DNA from: Leucoraja ocellata
Lineage: Eukaryota
Assembly (NCBI GenBank): GCA_036785375.1
Contig: JAWMAR010004161.1
Span: 1 to 58,844, forward strand
Reading direction: 5' to 3'
Length of the DNA stretch: 58,844 nt
Notes under the pieces: generated by a model
Told to the model about the DNA's origin: nothing
The model's database searches: none
What the model saw: only the letters and a program-made list of their open reading frames with translations
Program-made: the position numbers and the translations under genes
Part shown: positions 39,347 through 51,556 of the stretch, in pieces
Layout: each line of letters starts with the position of its first letter
Position numbering within the stretch: the first letter of the stretch is position 1

Positions 39347-40204
39347 AACTCAGACCTCTGCCTTCTGACTGTTCTCTCCCACAATACCTCATCCGTGTCT
39401 ATAGGCAGTCATTGGAGGGGGGGGGGAGGCTTAGCTATACTACCTCAGATGGGCCTGTGACACAAATACAGCGTGAATGGTCTATGTGCCCTGGGTACAG
39501 GGAAATTTGCTTTCCAGGGGATATAAATGTTGCAAGAACTATCTATTCTCCATGGGAGGCATGGTACTAACAGTGGAGGGACGGGGGCAATCCTCTCACC
39601 GCTGGGTTTTGTGATTCAAATGCAGTGTGGTGTCTAATGCAGGGGAATGTGGTGATCTGTTCTACCCAGAGCTCCACGATACAGAGACACTGCTGTTTTC
39701 TCCTACAGCCTCCTTCCCATCCCCACCATCCGCCTTCCTCAGTGTGTTTGCTGGACAGCCTGTTGGCCAGCTCTCACGTCACCTGCTGCTCCATCATTCG
39801 CCAGAGCATAAATAGTATCTGATATCTACGGCGTTTGGTGCTGTGTACAGACATTATGGTGCCTACCTGTTCTAGGTGTGTATAAATATTAACAACCTCA
39901 GGTCCATGCTCTGTGCCTCATAGCCTTCAGACTGGCAGCCCCCCCCCCACTGTAGGTGCAATGTTCACTGTCCACTAATCAGTCACTGAGGGCAGGTTAT
40001 ATTTTAAACAATGCATACATGATTTGGAAAGGACATTCAGTGTACATCCCTAAAGTAGCTGAGGGTCTGCAATCAACCTGTTGATGGAACATAGTCCAGG
40101 CTAGGTAAGATCAGCAGGTCTAGTTCCTTGAGGAACAGTAGGGAGCCAGGTGAGCTTTGACAACAACCCAATGCTTTGTAGTTACCAGCACGGAAATGTA
40201 TTTA

Positions 40205-40800
40205 AAACGTAGAACAGTACAGCACAGCAATCGGCCCTCGGCCCATAATGTCTGAGCCGAACATAATGCCAAGTTAAACTAATCTCTTCTACCTGCACGT
40301 GATCCATATCCCTCCATTCCCTGCATATACACATGTCTATCTAAAAGCCTCTTAAACATCACTCTCATATCTGCACCACCACTCCTGGCAGCATGTTCCA
40401 GCACTAATCACTCACTGTGCAAAAAAACTTGCACCACACATTTCCTTTAAGCTTTTCCTCTCTAACCTTAAAGCCATACCCTCGAGCCTTTGATATTCCA
40501 CATATATTCCTGACATATTCAATGCCCCAACCTTGATGAAGGCAAGCATACCATAGGACTTTTTTTCACTGGTCAGTCTGTTTATGTTGTCACTTTCAGC
40601 GAGCGATGGACTTGGATCCAAGATACCTCTGCATATCATTGCTGTTAAACGTCTTGCCGTTAACTGTATGCTTTCTCCTTCCGTTCAATCTCCCAAAGTA
40701 CAATATCTGACACTTGCTCAGGTTAAAATCAATCCATCATTTCTCCTGTAATTGATATACCATTGACAGCCTTCCTCACTGTTTGCAACACCACCGACTT
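40205..40800 (-). mobile_element. CR1-type LINE fragment
   Basis: YGMLAFIK remnant; CR1 3' tail similar to 8650-9360. Confidence 0.7.
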
Positions 40801-40989
40801 TGGTCGAAACAAAGACCTGCGCATGCTGGTTAATACATAAAATGGCACGAAGTGCTGGAGTAACTCAGCAGGTTGTGCAGAATCTCTGGAGAGCGTGGAC
40901 AAGTAAAGTTTTGAGTCACGATGAGCCCGTCAGTTGACCTGCTCGTCTTTCCTTTGAAACTTACTAATCATCATTCAGTATTCGGTGTT

Positions 40990-41780
40990 CAGTATTTCCT
41001 TTATTATCATTTCACTGAGTACTTACATGCACAGAAGAAACGAGAAAATGTTTCTCATCAGTTCCTGTCAGTGCAGTTAATAAAAACAGAATAAATACAT
41101 ACAACTTTAAAATTAACATATCTAAAATAGACCTAAAATTTAGCTAAAAACAGACATTCAGACCGAACCGTGACTTTACCTAGACAGGTGTCTAGCTGTC
41201 AAAGTTTGGGCGAGGTTAGATGTGTTAGTGTATGTTGTATGGGGAGAGGACACAGTTTGTTAACCATTCTTATTGCCCGTGGGAAGAAGCTATGTAGCAT
41301 CCTGCTGGTTCTGCAACAGATACTCCTATACCTCTTCCCAGATGGCAGAATGGAGAAGATGTGGTGTGATGGGTGATAAGGGTCCTTAATGATGGAGTAT
41401 GCTCTCAATGGTGCCCCTGTAGAAGGTCATTAGGTGAACAGTAGGGGGACCTGCTTTTCTTAGTCTCTGGAGTTAGTGGAGCCGCTGCTGTGCTCTTTTG
41501 ATGACTGCTGCGGTGTTGGTCGTTGAGGTCAGGTCGTCCGCCAGGTAAAGTCCCAGGAACTTCACACTGCTGACCCTCTCCACAGCAGCACCATCAATAT
41601 GCAGCGGTGTGTGATGGTGTTTTGCCAGTCCTCCTGAAATCGATCACCATCTCCTTTGTCTTTTCCACGTTGAGGGTGAGATTGTGAGATCTGCACCACT
41701 CTGTAAGCAGCTCCACTTCCATCCTGTATGCCGACTCATTGTTGTCACTGATGAGACCCACCACTGTTGTGTCATCAACG
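40990..41780 (-). mobile_element. Rex1/Babar-type LINE fragment (same family as 31320-32292)
   Basis: SIIKDPYHPSHHIFSILPSGKRYRSICCRTSRMLHSFFPRAIR. Confidence 0.88.
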
Positions 41781-42835
41781 TGCCTGGCAGTCCATTTGCT
41801 GACTTGCTACTCTGCTTCCAATCCCCCTGCCCCCACTGTCAAACCCTCCCGAGTAGCACCAGCAAAACACCCTGCAGGGATATTTGTTCCTCTCCAGATC
41901 AGGTGCAACTCATCCTTTTACACGCCTCACCAACCCTGGAAGAGAACCCAATGATCCATATATCCGAGTCCCTCCCTCTTGCACCAGCTTCTTTAGCTAC
42001 TTAAATTTACATTTAAATTGAATGAAGGGATTTGATCTGCAGTCTGAGAATTGAAAGCCCAAGCCTCTAATTATTTGTCTAGTGATTTAATTGTTTTACT
42101 AAAGTAGCCTGTATTGTTAATATTGACAAAATCTCTCAACCACAGATTGATATGAATGCATTCCCTGTGACACAAACTGACACAGACACCAAGTCTGTGT
42201 TAGCGTCCTGCCAAACTCTGACGATATTTAAAAAAAACATTGTTGGCTTGACAAACATTTGGTCCATATTTACAACGAGAGGGAGTTAAAAACTCAGTTA
42301 ACTTTAACAGGGTCACAGAACATTGCATGTTGTTAGATTACTTCCTCCAATACAAATCTCACACAAATCAAAATGTAAAGGAATATTGTTATCAGTCCCA
42401 CCTAACCCAAGTAACAGGGGGACAGAGCGATAAGGAGAGGGGGAATGGGATGGATGGGACTGGACTCCAAGACCGATTGAGCTTCTGTGTTGTACCAAAT
42501 ACGGCTTCTACCGCCCTTTGAAGAAAATAATCCAAGACTCATAATCCTTTGAAAGAAAAGATACTCACTTCATCTCTGTCTTAAATAAGCAACCCTCATT
42601 TTTAAACTGTGGTTCCCTGTTCCTACCACAAGCTGAAATATCCTCTCCAAATCCAACCGATGAAGATGCCTCAGGATTTTGTAGCATTACAAACATTGGT
42701 TCCATTTTGTTACTGGTTAGTGTAGATACAGATACTCCTCTTGCATCTCACGCTTCAAGCATAGATGTGATTTGTGGTCCCTACATTGTCTTTTTATACC
42801 ACCTTTCTATGATTATATATACTATACACATGTAT

Positions 42836-45101
42836 ATGCTCTGCTGCTTTCGATCAGCTCTGCGCCCCCTCTGCGTCCACTCCTCTTGATACGGAGGAGA
42901 TTAGTTCGTGGTTTCATTCCTCCTGCAGGACTATGCTGGACTCTGTGGCTCCGTTAAGATCGTCGAAGCCGAGGGCTAAACCCGAACCCTGATTCAGTGA
43001 CGTAACTCGTACAGCTCGACGGGAGTGTCGTAGAGCTGAGCGAAAGTGGAGGAAGGACAGGCTACAGGTTTCACTTCAAATTCTAAGGGACTGTTGGCAT
43101 CACTACCAGAACAGTGTTAAAAAGGTCAAAAGAGAATACCTGTCTAATTATTGTGTCTAAGTGTCACGACCCACGTGTGCTATTTGAAATCATTGACTCT
43201 GTTCTAAATGCCCCGCAGCCTGTCTGTCTGGAAGCTTCACCTGAAATGTGTAATGACTACCTGCACTTTTTTATTAATAAGGTTGTTTCCTTAAGGGCTC
43301 TCATTTCAGCTCCTGCCTCTGACCCTTCTGTTTCGGTCCCTTGCCTGGTGGTATTCAACAAGTTTGAGCCTGTGACAATATCGTATTTTAAGGATGTGGT
43401 TTCCCATATTAAGCCATCGGGTTCTCCTTGTGATGCGGTCCCTCCTCATCTTTTTAAAGAGGTTTTCCCTAGTATAGGGCAGTCGGTTCTTTCCATTATT
43501 AACAGCAGCTTGTGTTCTGGGGTTGTCCCCGTGAGTTTTAAACATGCGGTAGTGCAACCACTACTTAAGAAACCTGGCCTGGATCAATCTGTTCTGGCCA
43601 ATTTTAGACCCATCTCAAAATTGCCTTTTATTTCAAAATTACTGGAGAAAGCTGTTTATGCTCAGCTGAAACTATTCCTGGAGAAGCATGATATTCGGGA
43701 GGTCTTCCAGTCTGGATTTAAAACTATGCACAGCACGGAGTCAGCATTGCTAAGGGTTTTTAATGACATCCTCCTAGCTAATGATTCTGGAGATTGTGTG
43801 GTTCTTGTCCTGCTGGACTTATCTGCCGCCTTTGATACAGTGGACCATAATATCTTGTTATGTCGGCTACAGCAGTTAGTGGGCATCTGCGGCAGTGCCC
43901 TGGGATGGTTCAGGTCCTATCTGGCAGACAGAACCATGTGTGTTAGCCTTGCTGGTTTTGAATCCTCTTCCGCTCCCCTGTCATATGGGGTTCCACAGGG
44001 TTCGATTCTGGGGCCCCTGCTTTTCTCGCTGTACATACTTCCTCTGGGTTCCATCCTTAGAAAGCATGGCATCTCCTTCCACTGTTATGCAGATGATACC
44101 CAGCTTTATTTGCCGCTGAGGAAGGAAGACGCCTTTTCTGTAAAATCACCTGATGACTAAGTCCTGGTTGGCCCTAAACTTTCTAGGATTTAATGAAAAG
44201 AAGACAGAGGTGATTTTATTTGATCCCAATGGCTGACGTGAACCTCCATTTGTTGATTTAGGTCCATTGTCACGGTACGTGAAGCCAACAGTTTTGAACC
44301 TGGGTTTTAGGATGGACAGTGACTTTAAATTAGATCGCCAAATATGCGCGGTGGTTAAGTCCAGCTTCTTTCACTTAAGGAAGCTGGCGAAGGTGAAGCC
44401 CATTCTCGAGCGGCAGCATTTTGAGACGGTAATCCATGCCTTTATTACATCTAGGCTGGATTACTGTAACGCGCTCTATTTTGGAGTTGCTCGTTCTTCA
44501 CTGGCTCGTCTCCAGTTGGTTCAGAATGCTGCTGCTCGCCTTTTAACAGGGACTCGAAAGAGGGAGCACATATCGCCAATTCTGGCCTCCCTACACTGGC
44601 TCCCGGTGCACTTTCGAGTTCATTTTAAGATCCTGTTATTTGTTTTTAAATCTCTGAATGGGCTCGCCCTGCCTTACCTCTCTGAGCTGCTCCACCCATA
44701 CGCTCCTGCCCGGTCCCTCAGGTGAGCTGGTCAGCTGCTCCTGGAGGTACCGAGGTCTAATCGAAAGCTCAGAGGGGATAGAGCCTTCTCTGTTGCTGCT
44801 CCAGCACTCTGGAACACCCTGCCGTTGCACATCAGACAGGCCCCCTCACTGTCCATCTTCAAATCCGGTGTTAAAACACATTTGTACTCCCTGGCTTTTG
44901 ACCATGCCTGAGACTTTGCTTCTGTTTTTATTGTTTTTAATGTTTATTTTACATATCTTTTCCTACTATTTCCTTTGATTGTTATTATTGGTGTGTATTA
45001 ACTATTTTGTCAATGATTAGTGATGTACAGCACTTTGTTGCAACTATGATTGTTTTTAAAGTGCTCTATAAATAAAATTATTATTATTATTATTATTATT
45101 A
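42836..45101 (+). mobile_element. L2-clade LINE, 5'-truncated, disrupted RT ORF
   Basis: LANFRPISKLPFISKLLEK, QSGFK..HSTESALLRV, LLDLSAAFDTVDH, YGVPQGSILGPLLF, HCYADDTQLY, SRLDYCNAL, HISPILASLHWLPV; AATAAA then (TTA)n tail. Confidence 0.93.
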
Positions 45102-46169
45102 TATACTTTGTTGCAGAAACAAGGAACTGCAGATGCTAGTTTACAAAAATAACAAAGTGCTGAAGTGTCTCAGTGGGTCAGGCAGGATCCATGGAGAACA
45201 TGGATGTGACATTTCTAGTTGAGACCTTTCTTCAGAATAATTGTGGGGGGTGGGGGGGGAGGGGCATGAACGAGTATACAGGTATGAGAGGCAGAAATAG
45301 GGTAGAGAGTGAGGAAGTTTTGTTCCTTAGTAATGTCTGAAATGAGAGGACCTGGATGTAAAGTAAAGGACAGGAGCTTTGAAGAAGAATTTTTACACCC
45401 AGATGTTGGTTGGGATCTGGAATAGACTGCCTGAGGGAGTGATGGAGACGAGTACTCTCACAACATTTAAGGAATGCACAAGCACTGGACTGTTGTACTG
45501 AACAGCCAGCTTCTATGCTGGAAGTTTGTGGCAATTGTATACTGTATTTTGGGTACTATTCATGGCACCCAAAACAAACTTCACCAAAGGGTCTGGTGAG
45601 AGAGTCAAGGCCTTGACCAAACCATTAATTCCTCTGGATCCAAATCTACAACCAAAATGAATGCGCGTGATCAAATGAAGTCCTTGGTAAAACATTAGGT
45701 TTAGTTGGGTACAAAATCTGCAGACTGTGTGGCAATCATTGACTTTAATCCTTCCTTAACTCGCTCTCTCCTTCTCTTCTTCTTCTTCTTCTCGCGAATT
45801 AAACATAAATAAACCAAAGGAATAGTTAGATCTCAAGCCAGGTGTTGAGCAGCCAAGTTGTTCACATCCCTCGCTGTCAAAACTTGTAATCACCACAAGC
45901 TTTAGCACCTGAGTACCCGTGTGCTGGTGTATCATGTGTCTTTTGGTCGATCTGTTGGTCTGACTGTTTGTTTCTTGGTGCTCCTCTGTGCATCCACTTC
46001 CAAATCTTTGCAAGCAGACACTGACCCATGGAATCATAAAATATATTGCATGCACAGAAGCTATCATATCTATACCGTTAGTAAAGAACCACCCAGCCCA
46101 ATCTCATCTTCCAACACCAGGTCCGTAGCTCTTCAGGTCATAATTCTTTGAGTCAACATCCAAGTACTG

Positions 46170-46500
46170 TTATTTCACTTGGGCAGCTTACAGCCCAGTG
46201 GTATGAATATTGATTTCTCTAACTTCAAGTGACCCCAGCATCCCCTCTCTCTCTATCCCTCCCCCACCCAATTCGCACCAGCTTCTTGTTTTCATCCAAC
46301 AAGCAGCCAACAATGGTCTGTTTCCTTTTTTGCATAACTCTCATTTCATTGTTCTTTATCTCTCTACATCATCGACTATATCTCTCATTTCCCTTTTCCC
46401 TCACCAGTCTGAAGAAGGGTCTCGACCCAAAACCTCACCCGTTCCTTCTCTCCAGAGATGCTGCCTGTCCCGCTGAGTTACTCCAGCTTTTTGTGTCTAT
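46170..46500 (+). mobile_element. Penelope-like 3' end with mutated hammerhead core
   Basis: CTGAAGAAGGGTCTCGACCCAAAACCTC near 46409. Confidence 0.75.
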
Positions 46501-48139
46501 TACTCTTTAACTGTGATGACGAGGCTTTCTGCCTCTCCCACCCAACTCAGACAGGGGTCACAGGAGCCCCACCATCTAGGCGAAAATATGTTTTTCTCTC
46601 TCTCTCTCTTCTAATTTTTCAACCAATTTAAAAATTTAGAAATAGGCCCTTCATGATTGAAATACCCAGACTTACACTAACTCCCATTATTTTATTCATG
46701 TTAGTTTGTTCTCCTGCAGCCTTGTCTACTTCAAGCCCGAATGAACCAATCTTGACTCACAGCTACAATTTCCCACCCCCGGCAACATTCTCAAATGCAT
46801 TACTTTGCAAATCTCTGGAGTAAATGCCATGTACTTCCTTTCAACACATCCGATTAGGCGATCTGTATCTTCTTCTGAATTCTAAAGCTTTCCATCTGTC
46901 AACCTCTCAGTCAATTTGTGTATCATCTGCAAACCTCTTTATCAAGTTCCATACATTTAAATCCACATTATTAGCCTATATTACCAAAAGCAAGGGGTCT
47001 GAATGGTGACTCTGGAACCCCTGTGGAAACAATTTCCAGTCATAACAACACCCATTGGCATAACCTATTGTTCCTTCACTCAGCTAATTTGCCACTCTCT
47101 CTTGGTCCCGTGGGTTTGTTTTTAATCAGTCTCTCAGGTGGGACTTTATCAAAAGCCTCGATAAAATCTAAGTACTACATCAATCACCTCAATACTTCCT
47201 ACTTTGCACTCCTTATCCCACCCATTATTCCACATTCTTCCCTCTTAATGACAATAGAAACAGCACAGGAATAGGCCCTTCAGCCCACAATGCCTGTGCT
47301 GACAGACACTATCCCACTCTGTTGTCAAGACAGCTGCAAAATGTCTATTAAGAAACTTGCCCACATCTCTGGTTCCTAACAAGGACCAACGTTTTCTCAT
47401 TTGCTCTCATAACCCCTCTTCTGAAAAATCCTTGCACTTTACATAATTTTACTTGCCAGTATATCACATCCCCTTTGCTTTAATTATTTCTCTTTCAATT
47501 CCACTGTTCACTTGCACACATGGACTCTCACCAAACAAGGCTCTCTGGTTAGGAGCTCTGACATGTGTATAGACCCTGAGCCTATACGTGTTGTTATGAG
47601 ATGAGCTCCAGCCTCCAGGTTAACACGGTGCTGTGAAAGAGAAGCGACTCGCACATCAGTTTCACTCAACCTCAGTGTCTGTCAGAGGTTGTGGGGAGAA
47701 GGCAGGAGAATGGGGTTAGGAGGAAGAGATATATCAGCCATAATTGAATGGCAGAGTAGACTTGATGGGCCGAACGGCCTAATTCTGCTATTACTTATGA
47801 TCTTATGAACCTGACGTTGTGTGGTCTTGGGCTCGAACTCCAATGACAATAGTTGGGGGGGTTTTAGCCTAACATGTCATTCTTCACCACCAATATAAAC
47901 TGTGGCCAATGGCGCAGCGGGTAAGAGTCGTACTTCGCGGTGCCAGTGAACCGGGGGTGACCCTGACCTCTGGGTGGAGTTTGAACGTTCACCCGGGTGC
48001 TTCACCTTCCTACTAAATCCGGAAGCACTTGAAAACATCTGCTGTTCCTGCACAATCCTGCCCATGAATGATCATCCACCCGGACACCACGCAGCCTCGT
48101 CTGACTCTGCGTTGCGCCTTCTGCTCAACTTTAGGTGGC

Positions 48140-48420
48140 TCGGTGGCTCAGCGTTGCCTTACATCGCCAGAGACACGGGTTCGATCCCGAACACGGGTGC
48201 TGTCGTTACGGAGTTTGTACGTTCTCCCCGTCACCTGCATGGGGTTTCTCCGGGCGCTCCGGTTTCCACCCATGCTCCAAAGACGTACAGGTTTGTAGGT
48301 CAATTGGCTTCGGTGAAATTGTAAATTGTCCCCAAGTGTGTGTGACAGTGTTAGTGTGCGGGGATCGCTGGTCAGCGTGGACTCGGTGGGCCGAAGGGCC
48401 TGTTTCTATGTCCCTTTAAA
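48140..48420 (+). mobile_element. HE1/V-SINE-type SINE
   Basis: B box GGTTCGATCC, V-core, CR1-like tail. Confidence 0.85.
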
Positions 48421-48919
48421 TACCCGGGAGCAATGCAAAGCGCATTCACCACACTGGGGGGGGGGGGCACTCCATGGTCGGGACTGAGAGATGATGTCCA
48501 GCGCGTTGTTTCCCTCCTGACATTCGCTGGGCACCGACGCTGGCTCAGCTATCACTGAACATAGAAAATGCAGAGGTTGGAAATCAAAGCTGGAACATGC
48601 TGGAAAGACTCAGCGGGACAGGTGCTGGCCGTGTGGAGTTTGCACCTTCTCCCTGTGCCGGCGTTGGTTTTCTCCGAGTGCTCATGTTTCCTCCCCCATC
48701 CCAGTTGGTGAGTGAATTGGCTACTTTAAAAACAATCCAGCATTCAGATTCATGTTTCCGCCATTCAGATTCCAGCTGCAAGGGTTATCATGCAAGAGGC
48801 TTCCTTCGCCCCTGTACAAGTGGTGCCGATGCCGGGCAGTGTACTGGAGATGGTACAAGAAGCGACCCCTCTCACCCAGAACATCTCCGGAGAGCAGCGT
48901 CACACCTGCGCCGAGGACA

Positions 48920-48925
48920 TATAAA
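48920..48925 (+). promoter_or_regulatory. TATA box of candidate beta-defensin gene
   Basis: TATAAA in a GC-rich context, about 30 nt before an initiator-like CCATTG (48951) and about 60 nt before ATG 48981. Confidence 0.6.
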
Positions 48926-48980
48926 TGCGGCGGTGCCAGCGGAACGCGGACCATTGCCCCGCCGAGCGTCTCCGGAGGAG

Positions 48981-49065
48981 ATGAGGAACGCGCTGTTCAT
49001 GGCTTTTGGGATATCGATGATCTGCGCGCAAATCCAAAGGAAACCCGATATGGATTTCGTCGCAG
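48981..49065 (+). CDS. Candidate beta-defensin exon 1 (signal peptide plus short propiece)
   Basis: gaggagATG; MRNALFMAFGISMICAQIQRKPDMDFVA ending in phase 1 at AG|GTGCTC, matching the phase-1 acceptor of the Cys exon; the donor is weak. Confidence 0.55.
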
Positions 49066-49124
49066 GTGCTCGGCGCTGGTCTCAGTTCGGGGACTGAGCA
49101 GGGGCGGGTGTTTGACTCATCAGC

Positions 49125-49545
49125 GGGTGGCGCGGCGGCGGTAGAGTTGCTGTCTTAAAATGCCAGAGACCCAGGTTTGATCCTGACCGCAGGTGCTGTT
49201 TGTACGGAGTTTGCACGTTCTCCCTGCGACCTGCGTGGGTTTTCTCCGGGTTCTTCGGTTTCCTTCCACACTCCCAACACCTACAGGTTTGTCGATTCAT
49301 TGGCTTCGTTAAAACATCGTAGATTGTCCCTGTGTGTGGGAATGCGCGGATACTGGTTTAAACACAAGATAGACATAAAAACCTGGAGTAACTCAGCGGG
49401 TGAGACAGCGTCTCTGGAGAAAAGGGAATAGGTGACCTTTCGGGTCCCCTTAAAATGCCCCTAGTGTGTGTAGGATAGTCGGACTTTGTGTGCGGACTCA
49501 TTGGGCCGCTGTTTCGACGCTGAATATCTAAACTAAGCTAAAACT
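49125..49545 (+). mobile_element. HE1-type SINE in the defensin intron, interrupted by a Penelope-derived piece (about 49365-49445)
   Basis: A and B boxes, core and tail present. Confidence 0.8.
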
Positions 49546-49977
49546 CCAAGCTAGTGGCCGGCTGTGGGACAGGGCGGGATCGCGAACCGACCGATGCGTC
49601 AGTGTAACCATCGCGGTGGATGGTGGAGCTTCCCGCTCTCTACCACTGTCCCGCCTGAACCACACAAGGAATGATCTCCTCAGGCTGAGGACACCGCAAG
49701 GCTCGGCTATCAGCAGCGCCGGAGGGCTGGAAACACTCAGCAGGTCGGGCAGCATCTGCAGAGAGAGACAACTGGTGTTTCATTTAGACGGTCGTGGCGG
49801 TTACCTTTGATTCTCTCTCCACGAGTGCTGGCCGACCCGCTGGGTCCTCCCTGTGACACGTCTTTGGTTCTAAAAGGTCAGGTTGTTGTGGATGATCCTT
49901 AAAGTAGATGGGACCCACACAGGATTTGTCATCGGAGAGCTGAAGCAACAGCTGCGCCTTCCTCTATTCCGCTGCGA

Positions 49978-50575
49978 GTTTAGTTTGCTTTAGAGATACA
50001 GCGCGGAAACAGGCCCTTCGGCCCACGAGTCCGTGCCGACCAGCGATCCCCGCACATTTACGATGCGATATACCTTTGTTTATCCCAGGAGGGAAATTGA
50101 TCCGCCAACAGTCATAAAAACACAAAATACATGAAACATGAAATTAAGGCGACGAGTGGAACGGATTGGGGGATTATGCAAAGATTGGAGAGGGAAGGAA
50201 GTCTGTCTCAGTCCACCCCATGACAGAAGGGGGAGGAGTTGCACAGTTTGATAGCCACAAGGAAGAAGGATCTCCTGTGGCGGTCTGTCCTGCATCTTGG
50301 TGGAACCAGTCTGTTGCTGAAGGTGCTCCTCAGGCTGACCAATGGGTCATGGAGGGGGTGAGCTGTATTGTCCAGGAGGCTCCCCAGTTTGAGGAGCATC
50401 CTCCCCTCCAAGACTACCTCATATAGACACAATCCTACACACACTAGAGACAATTTACATCTATGCCAAGCCAATTAGCCCACATACCTGCACGTGTTTG
50501 GAATGTGGGAGAAACCTGGAGCTTCCCGGAGAAAACCCACGCGGTCACGGGGAAAAGGAACAAACTCCGTAGGGT
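49978..50575 (-). mobile_element. HE1-type SINE interrupted by a Rex1-like LINE 3' fragment (about 50065-50425)
   Basis: SINE tail 49978-50060 resumes at about 50425; insert encodes LLDNTAHPLHD..RLVPPRCRTDRHRRSFF. Confidence 0.8.
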
Positions 50576-50657
50576 GGAAAGAGGAGGGGGTGTGGGGTTG
50601 CGGTGCCGGGCAGCTTGCTTCCACATCGACCTGAGCTCCGCTTGTCTCCCCGCACAG

Positions 50658-50833
50658 GCCTGAAGTATACCTGCAGTTGGAACCGCGGAGCCTGCCGTGA
50701 ATATCAATGCAAGCCACACGAGTACGCCACGCCAGACTCCTGCCCCCAGGGCATCTTGTGCTGCATGCGGCGGCAGTGGAAGAACGCGGCAGCCGGTCCC
50801 AGCCGGCCTCGCCATAAGCTAAACGTCGGCTGA
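50658..50833 (+). CDS. Candidate beta-defensin terminal exon (six-cysteine mature peptide plus cationic tail)
   Basis: Acceptor cttgtctccccgcacag|; (G)LKYTCSWNRGACREYQCKPHEYATPDSCPQGILCCMRRQWKNAAAGPSRPRHKLNVG*; spacing C-x6-C-x4-C-x10-C-x5-CC with GxC and CxxxE motifs. Confidence 0.8.
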
Positions 50834-50855
50834 ACCGGTCGTACCCCACGCTCGC

Positions 50856-50861
50856 AATAAA
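50856..50861 (+). terminator. Polyadenylation signal of candidate defensin
   Basis: AATAAA 22 nt after the stop codon, followed by a U/GU-rich tract at about 50890-50920. Confidence 0.7.
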
Positions 50862-51556
50862 GCCCGTGCATTGACCGCTCGCTGCGTCCTCTCTTATTTC
50901 CCGTGCGTGATCTTCGTGTTCCGAGACCGAGAGGCTGTGAGCGCCCCGTGGAGAACATCTCGCGTTCTGGGAAGGGAAGCGGGCCCGGCCAATCTCCCCT
51001 CAACCTTGTTCCAAAGTATACTATCATGTCTTCCTCTCCTCGTTCTCCGATATCCTCTCTATATCCCTTAATATCCAGAAATCTAACCGACAGTGTTCTA
51101 TACGACTGAGGCTCCACAGACGTCTCGGTCGTAGAATTACAGACGCTCACTGCCCGGCGGGTGAAGAAATCACTCCTTACTGCAAAACAAAAAATAGACA
51201 CAACATGTTGGAGTAACTCGGCGGGACAGGCAGCATCTATGCAGATAAGGAATGGGTGACGTTTCGGATCGAGACGCTTTTCAGACGCTGAGTTAGTTAC
51301 TCCAGCTTTTTGTGTCTATCTTCGGTGTAAACCAGGATCCGCACAGTTTCTTCCGACACATTCCGCCCTCTCCTCGCCACAAATCCCACTGGGGTTCCCA
51401 GCCTGGGGAATCGCCCTCCCTGGACCCAACCTCTCCACTCCTCTCACAATGTCGGAAGAGTTTCCTTCGAATAAACTCCAGAAAATACAACCCCAGTCTC
51501 TCCATATTACGCAAACCCACAACCCTTCCTATCAGATCCGGAGCCTAAATACAGGG

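Noticed and set aside
45921-46151. Hydrophobic ORF as an alternative signal exon for the defensin
   Set aside because: GTG start, no evident TATA or suitably placed phase-1 donor, and further from the Cys exon than the 48981 candidate.
48597-49144. Overlapping 166-aa and 130-aa plus-strand ORFs
   Set aside because: The longer one starts in repeat sequence and both run through a GC-rich promoter-like region with no recognisable domain; only the part from ATG 48981 has supporting signals.
49684-49743. Possible middle exon (AEDTARLGYQQRRR)
   Set aside because: This reading is phase 0, which does not fit the phase-1 flanking exons, and its donor lies in a repeat.
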